The notes under the pieces were generated by a model that was given only the letters and a program-made list of their open reading frames with translations, was not told the origin of the DNA and did no database searches. Position numbers and translations under genes: made by a program. From positions 1-55,293 of the forward strand of contig CAZRCY010000002.1 in assembly GCA_964598735.1 (NCBI GenBank): a stretch of 55,293 nt of DNA. Direction: 5' to 3'. This DNA comes from an uncultured Candidatus Poseidoniales archaeon (GTDB lineage Archaea > Thermoplasmatota > Poseidoniia > Poseidoniales > Thalassarchaeaceae). Shown piece by piece: positions 50,590 through 55,293 of this stretch (position 1 is its first letter; each line of letters opens with the position of its first letter).

Positions 50590-52860
50590 ATGGATATGCG
50601 ACGTGCTGCCCTATTTTTAGTGGTGCTTTTCATTGCACCATTATCTAGTGCATGGCCAATTCCTGACATCCCATTGACAGAGAGTGAATGGATTGTTGTT
50701 GAGAGCGATGGTTGGACTACCGAAGAGTGGAGTGATTTACGGAGTCAAGGACTGGAGCCATTGAGGCAAATTTCTGAAACAGAGATGGTTGTTTGGGGTA
50801 CTTTTGGGGATTTTCAATTGACTGACGAAATCGTTTTACGGGGTAAAATTGCTGATAGTTATCGTGTCATTTTAGAGCCTAGATTGCCTTCAAATGCTCA
50901 GTGGGATATCTTGAATTTATTTGATTTTCAAAATCTAATTCTAGCGGGTAGTATGAGTGCTTATCCAACATCGTTTGAAATTACTGGTGTTGAGCCAGAA
51001 ATCTTTGATTCAATACCTGGTATTTGGTGGGTTGAGCCGATATTGAAAACTGAAAGTAGGAGTAATGTCGCTGCTGAAATCATGCTTGGAATAAATAACG
51101 GTTCTAATCATCTCTCTAATTCTTTCGATGGAAATGGAGTTATCGTAGGAATGGCCGATTCTGGAATTGAATTAGATCATGAGTGTTTTCGACAAAATCA
51201 AACTGCAATTGGTGATATAGGAGTAAATCATCGAAAAATAATCCGGGTAAATACTTCAATTGACGATGGCGATCATCCAGGGCATGAAGATTTTAGGCAC
51301 GGGACTCATTTAGCGGGGGTGTTAATTTGTGACCTCTTTAATGGAATAGAAGGGAGAGGGGTTGCAAATCAATCTCAATTAATATTCCAAGATGTTGTAA
51401 ACGAAACTGGATGGAATGAACCTGAAATGGACTGGTTACTTGCCGAAGACTTGTCATACGGAGCAGTTATTCACTCATACAGTTGGGGGGATGTTACCGA
51501 AGCATATACTTCTCGAAGTTTTCTTCTGGATGCATGGCATCGTGAAATTCCTTGGTCTCTGGCATTTATTGCCCCCGGTAATAATCCAAACAAACTGTAT
51601 GAGCCGGCTAATGCAAGAAACGTAGTTTCAGTTGGGGGGACTATGAAGGACAATGGAACTGATCTTTTTACCGGTTCTTCTCATGGACCTACCGAAGAAG
51701 GATTGCGTGGTAATTTCATTGTTACGCCTGCAGTTGGAATCGTGTCCGCGGCTGCAGACGGTAATCTATCTTCATTCAATAATGACATGAGAAGCAGTAC
51801 AGGAACGAGTAGTTCTACAGCATTAGGAGCCGGGGTATCCGCAGTAATTCAACAGATGGTGCAGGAAGGTTATTTTATTCAAAATGGGAATTTTACTCCT
51901 TCGGGTTCACTGTTGAGAGTGCTGTTAGCCATGTCTGCGCAATCACTAGAAGGAGGAGAACAAGGTGGAGAATATGTAGGTGCTGCTCCAAATGCTATGC
52001 AAGGGTGGGGTAGACCAAATCTAAACAATATAGGTCGGGGAGATGTTTGGATTCATGATTCATATCAAATGAATGAAATTCAAAGATTAGAGATGGTTCA
52101 AGATTGGTTAGAAATTAACGGATCAAGACCATTCGAATCCGTGGAAAAGAAAATGTGGGATGGAAGTGGAGCAAGTGGGCCATTTCTCAAGAATGGGGAG
52201 AGTGTAGATTGGAATTTTACATTAAAAAACAATAGTGATTTTGAAGCGTTTCTTTCATTCGATCAACGTCCATTCGGACAGTTTTCTGATGATCTTAATC
52301 TTGTTGTAACCCTACCTAACGGAACACAATATGAAACAAATGATTCTCTAGAGGGAACTGAAGCATTGAGAATTAACCTAAACAAATTGAATGGAGTTGA
52401 ATGGGTTACTGTGAAAGTTAGGGCAAAGAATGTAGGAATTGGAAATTACACCGAGATGCTTGGAAATGATGGAGACAAGGTTGGTTTTGCCTTGGCTGTA
52501 AGTGGCGTCGAAGGGATTAAGATTAATCCTGTATTAGGTAATGATGAATTATGTTGTACAAATACATCTGAAGAGAATGGTAGTTTACCAGCCACTAACG
52601 TTGGCGATAACCCTGACCCAGTTTTCGAAAAAGGAGAATGGGGAGGAGATAAAGGTGAAATTTACGATAAGACAAGTGATGAGGGAAAAGCTTGGTATTT
52701 GGATAGAAAGTTGTTTTGGAATTATGGTGCTGTTTGCGTTGTCATGATTTTGATTTTAGTTATGGGAGTGGCTGTTACTTCGTATTCATGGGATAAAAAG
52801 AAAAAGAAAAAAGAAATCGACGAGCAGGCGTCAATTTCTGAGAAAATATTAGAAAAATAG
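50590..52860 (+). CDS. Secreted, C-terminally anchored subtilisin-like (S8) serine protease
   Basis: Signal peptide at the N-terminus. Catalytic triad motifs GMADSGIELDH, HGTHLAGV and GTSSSTALGAG. A C-terminal TM is followed by a KKKKKKE tail. Confidence 0.8.
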   Translation: MDMRRAALFLVVLFIAPLSSAWPIPDIPLTESEWIVVESDGWTTEEWSDLRSQGLEPLRQISETEMVVWGTFGDFQLTDEIVLRGKIADSYRVILEPRLPSNAQWDILNLFDFQNLILAGSMSAYPTSFEITGVEPEIFDSIPGIWWVEPILKTESRSNVAAEIMLGINNGSNHLSNSFDGNGVIVGMADSGIELDHECFRQNQTAIGDIGVNHRKIIRVNTSIDDGDHPGHEDFRHGTHLAGVLICDLFNGIEGRGVANQSQLIFQDVVNETGWNEPEMDWLLAEDLSYGAVIHSYSWGDVTEAYTSRSFLLDAWHREIPWSLAFIAPGNNPNKLYEPANARNVVSVGGTMKDNGTDLFTGSSHGPTEEGLRGNFIVTPAVGIVSAAADGNLSSFNNDMRSSTGTSSSTALGAGVSAVIQQMVQEGYFIQNGNFTPSGSLLRVLLAMSAQSLEGGEQGGEYVGAAPNAMQGWGRPNLNNIGRGDVWIHDSYQMNEIQRLEMVQDWLEINGSRPFESVEKKMWDGSGASGPFLKNGESVDWNFTLKNNSDFEAFLSFDQRPFGQFSDDLNLVVTLPNGTQYETNDSLEGTEALRINLNKLNGVEWVTVKVRAKNVGIGNYTEMLGNDGDKVGFALAVSGVEGIKINPVLGNDELCCTNTSEENGSLPATNVGDNPDPVFEKGEWGGDKGEIYDKTSDEGKAWYLDRKLFWNYGAVCVVMILILVMGVAVTSYSWDKKKKKKEIDEQASISEKILEK

Positions 52861-52868
52861 TTTCTAAT

Positions 52869-52876
52869 TTTATAAT
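52869..52876 (+). promoter_or_regulatory. Candidate TATA box for the actin-like operon
   Basis: TTTATAAT lies about 60-70 nt upstream of the ATGs at 52937 and 52946, in an AT-rich gap after the protease gene. Confidence 0.4.
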
Positions 52877-52945
52877 ATTCAATGAGTGCAACATTCATAC
52901 CCATTGACTGATTGCGTTTCAAATGTTAAACCGGAGATGATTCAA

Positions 52946-53950
52946 ATGAGCGAGAGACTGTATATCGGAATAGACCTAGGAACATACCAATCGACCGTAA
53001 TGTCTTCAGAAGGCGTACAAACAACAATAGAGACTGTTGTTGGGCGACCAAAAGACCCAGTAGCACGCAATTTCTTGGGTAGAGATGTTGTGTTTGGTGC
53101 AGAAGCTATCAAGCATAGACTAGCATGTAATTTATTCCGTCCTTTGGAACATGGCGTCGCACAAGATGATGAAGATAATTTGAGTGCCGCAAAAGCTTTC
53201 GTGACTCACCTAATTGAAAACTGTGATCCTGAAGAATTCGATGAGGTTCTTGGAGTAATTTGTAGCCCCTCTCATATCAGTTTCACAGATAAGACAAATT
53301 TGGTTTCAATTCTAAGAGGTCTTGTGAATGGAATTATGGTTGTCTCTGAACCTTTTGCAGTTGCATTCGGACTAGATCAAATTGCTGGAAGTATTGTTGT
53401 AGATATTGGAGCGGGTACAACAGATATTGCGCGCATTTACGGAACATTCCCTACAGATGATGACCAATTAACCATTGAAGAGGCGGGTGACTGGCTCGAT
53501 CATCGATTGATGGAACTTATTCAGAAGAAATATGCTGGTGCGCAATTAACTCAATCAATGGTACGAAGATGGAAGGAAGAAGGGTCCCATGTAGGCGACA
53601 CTGGAAATGAATTTATGGTAGACCTGTCTGTCGAAGGTAAAAAACAACATGTCGACATCGGTGATTTGATTCGTATTGCTTGTAATGATTTAGTTCCACA
53701 CCTTGTCGAGGGACTAAAAAAGATAGTTGCGGGTGCTGATCCAGAATACCAATCCGCTCTTAGAAACAATATCATTCTCGCTGGTGGTGGATCTTTAATT
53801 GAAGGATTGGCAGATCGTGTTGCTCAGCAATTAGCTGATATTGGTGACGTAACTGTGTGGTGCGCAGAAGATCCAGTGGTCAGAGTTGCAGACGGGGCAT
53901 TAAAACTAGCTTCAGCGATGCCAGATGAAATGTACACAGCAATCGAATGA
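52946..53950 (+). CDS. Actin-fold ATPase of the bacterial-actin MreB/MamK family (MamK-like signature)
   Basis: Phosphate-1 motif LYIGIDLGT, phosphate-2 motif VVDIGAGTTDI and adenosine motif ILAGGGS. VVSEPFAVAFGLD and GAGTTD look MamK-like rather than like MreB (EEP, GGGTT). GGAG at 52933-52936 fits the ATG at 52946. The track GTG at 52886 lies too close to the TATA box. Confidence 0.75.
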   Translation: MSERLYIGIDLGTYQSTVMSSEGVQTTIETVVGRPKDPVARNFLGRDVVFGAEAIKHRLACNLFRPLEHGVAQDDEDNLSAAKAFVTHLIENCDPEEFDEVLGVICSPSHISFTDKTNLVSILRGLVNGIMVVSEPFAVAFGLDQIAGSIVVDIGAGTTDIARIYGTFPTDDDQLTIEEAGDWLDHRLMELIQKKYAGAQLTQSMVRRWKEEGSHVGDTGNEFMVDLSVEGKKQHVDIGDLIRIACNDLVPHLVEGLKKIVAGADPEYQSALRNNIILAGGGSLIEGLADRVAQQLADIGDVTVWCAEDPVVRVADGALKLASAMPDEMYTAIE

Positions 53951-53968
53951 TGGCTTTTCGTTTAGAGG

Positions 53969-55195
53969 TTGAAATTAGGCCTCAAAGGGGCCACCACACA
54001 CCGAAGGTTCAAGAATGCGGTTTCAACGATGCTACCTGTTGACATGACTGCCCAAGATGCACCTGTGCCCGAAGGAGCCGATAGAGAAGCATTGGCTAGT
54101 ATGTTGAATAGCTATGCTTCAGACCAATTAATCCAAGAAGTCTTGAGTGCATGGGAGAACCTGTCAATCATCAACCAAGAAGTTGCTGGTCTAAGGCAAC
54201 AAAACCGGGTTTTGGAATTAGATTTGAAAGAAAGAGAAGATATCGGTTCACCAGATCGTGCGCGATTAATTCGATTGGAAGAAGACTTGAGAGATAGGGA
54301 GGCTCAAATTATTCACCTTGAAAGATTGGTAGATGATGGTCGTGCAGAAATTGAGGAAATTTCTGTTGGTAGTGGTGCGATGAAAGTTGACTCGCTTGAA
54401 AGAGAAAATTCTGCCATGTCCGCTGAATTAGATGAGAAAACCGCATTGTTAGTGGAGATGGAAGAAAAAGTCGCTACATTAGTAGATGCATTAGAAAAGG
54501 CAGCAGAGGCAGGATTGACGTCTGTAACTGCTGAAGAGGTTAGAGCCTTAAATCAAGAATTAGAGGGAGCCCACAAAGAACTTCAAAGTGAGAAAATTGA
54601 GAAAGACTCGGTGATGGAGGAGAGGGATCGATTGAGAGAACTTGTTGAGCAAGTTAGGAATCATTTGGAGATTCGAGATGATCGGATTCGAGAATTGGAG
54701 GAGCAATTGCAGCGAGTAATGTCTGGTCCCCGAAGTGTATCTGCTGAACATGAATATCTAACTGAACAGATTGAAGAATTGAAGAGACGACTAGTAGATC
54801 GAAATAGAGAATATGAAGCTCTGAGAAGAAGAGAGAGAAGATTACATCGAGAGGTATTCGACAGAGATGAAAGAATTGCTCAACTTCAGTTAACCATGCA
54901 AGACATCGAGGCGGGCCTTTCAGATCGTACTGCAGAATTGAAGGCTCTAGAGGAGAGTCACGACCGACTAGTAGGAGAAATGGGTGCTTTAAGGCGTTCA
55001 GAAAGTACCAGAGAAGTTGTCAATAAAGCATTCAGAGATTCGTTGAATGTTGTTCGTGCTCATGAACAGGTTCAAGCCAGAAGAGAGGCGGCCGGTCTAC
55101 CTACTGGATTAGAACCAATTGAAGGACCGGGGGGAGATGTTCCATCTCCAGGTGGAAGTGCTCCACCCGCTCTAAGAGATATTGATGATGAATGA
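53969..55195 (+). CDS. Long coiled-coil protein (408 aa) with Pro/Gly-rich acidic tail
   Basis: Glu/Arg/Leu-rich heptad-like sequence runs through most of the protein. The tail is GLPTGLEPIEGPGGDVPSPGGSAPP. The start is uncertain: TTG 53969, ATG 54029 or ATG 54044. The gene is tightly linked to the actin-like gene. Confidence 0.6.
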   Translation: MKLGLKGATTHRRFKNAVSTMLPVDMTAQDAPVPEGADREALASMLNSYASDQLIQEVLSAWENLSIINQEVAGLRQQNRVLELDLKEREDIGSPDRARLIRLEEDLRDREAQIIHLERLVDDGRAEIEEISVGSGAMKVDSLERENSAMSAELDEKTALLVEMEEKVATLVDALEKAAEAGLTSVTAEEVRALNQELEGAHKELQSEKIEKDSVMEERDRLRELVEQVRNHLEIRDDRIRELEEQLQRVMSGPRSVSAEHEYLTEQIEELKRRLVDRNREYEALRRRERRLHREVFDRDERIAQLQLTMQDIEAGLSDRTAELKALEESHDRLVGEMGALRRSESTREVVNKAFRDSLNVVRAHEQVQARREAAGLPTGLEPIEGPGGDVPSPGGSAPPALRDIDDE

Positions 55196-55209
55196 TTGGG
55201 GGATTGAAA

Positions 55210-55260
55210 ATGAATAACTGCAACTGTTGTAATGATTGTTCAAATTGTGATGATTGTTGA
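55210..55260 (+). CDS. Candidate 16-aa Cys-rich micropeptide MNNCNCCNDCSNCDDC
   Basis: An ATG lies 14 nt after the coiled-coil stop, with the SD-like GGGGGA at 55198-55203. Six Cys are spaced by Asn/Asp. The ORF is too short for the track, and an overlapping alternative frame exists. Confidence 0.25.
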   Translation: MNNCNCCNDCSNCDDC

Positions 55261-55293
55261 ATGGATTTGAAAGATAATGAATGAAATTATCTT

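Noticed and set aside
50517-50669. N-terminal extension of the ribosomal protein LX ORF (136-aa version)
   Set aside because: The extension has no LX-like sequence and would overlap the divergent S8 protease start at 50590. The internal ATG at 50516 gives a typical 85-aa LX.
52886-52945. GTG-initiated upstream extension of the actin-like ORF
   Set aside because: The extension begins only about 10 nt after the TATA-like box (52869-52876), so it would probably not be transcribed. Actin-family homology starts at the LYIGIDLGT motif, just after the ATG at 52946, which also has a better-spaced GGAG.
53947-54042. 31-aa ORF (MMAFRLEVEIRPQRGHHTPKVQECGFNDATC) overlapping the actin-like gene stop as ATGA
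   Set aside because: It has no SD or composition support, and it competes with the 5' end of the coiled-coil ORF. It cannot be distinguished from chance without comparative data. It is noted only as part of the start-site ambiguity.

Overview
This window is a densely packed, AT-rich chromosomal segment of about 50 genes with short or overlapping junctions. I saw no CRISPR array, IS element, integrase or rRNA gene. Archaeal hallmark genes are present: topoisomerase VI A and B, prefoldin alpha, ribosomal protein LX and the SRP receptor FtsY. They sit among many bacterial-type genes: GroES/GroEL, UvrA, an RluD-like pseudouridine synthase, RlmH and a PlsC-type acyltransferase. Several large secreted or anchored hydrolases and adhesins are also encoded: a BNR propeller protein, an M28 peptidase, an S8 protease and a 1710-aa surface protein. 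By inference only, this mosaic fits a marine planktonic euryarchaeon of the Thermoplasmatota (Marine Group II/III-like). Housekeeping content includes purine/pyrimidine metabolism (a purL gene with a fused PurS-like domain, purQ, pyrF, a purine permease, apt), a Sir2 deacylase, a PduO-type corrinoid adenosyltransferase, NUDIX, HIT and DHH enzymes. The most interesting items are:
- A MamK/MreB-like actin gene, followed by a 408-aa coiled-coil gene and a 16-codon six-cysteine micro-ORF, at the 3' edge of the window.
- A canonical EF-hand pair fused to the C-terminus of Topo VI subunit B.
- A class II photolyase fused to an FAD/NAD oxidoreductase.
- A PlsC-type ester-lipid acyltransferase in an archaeal background.
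- A protein of about 1150 aa with a C-terminal PIN-like domain, translationally coupled to the pseudouridine synthase.
- A degenerate, tail-anchored receiver domain inside the pfdA-ftsY operon.
All family assignments come from motif recognition by eye. No database search was run.
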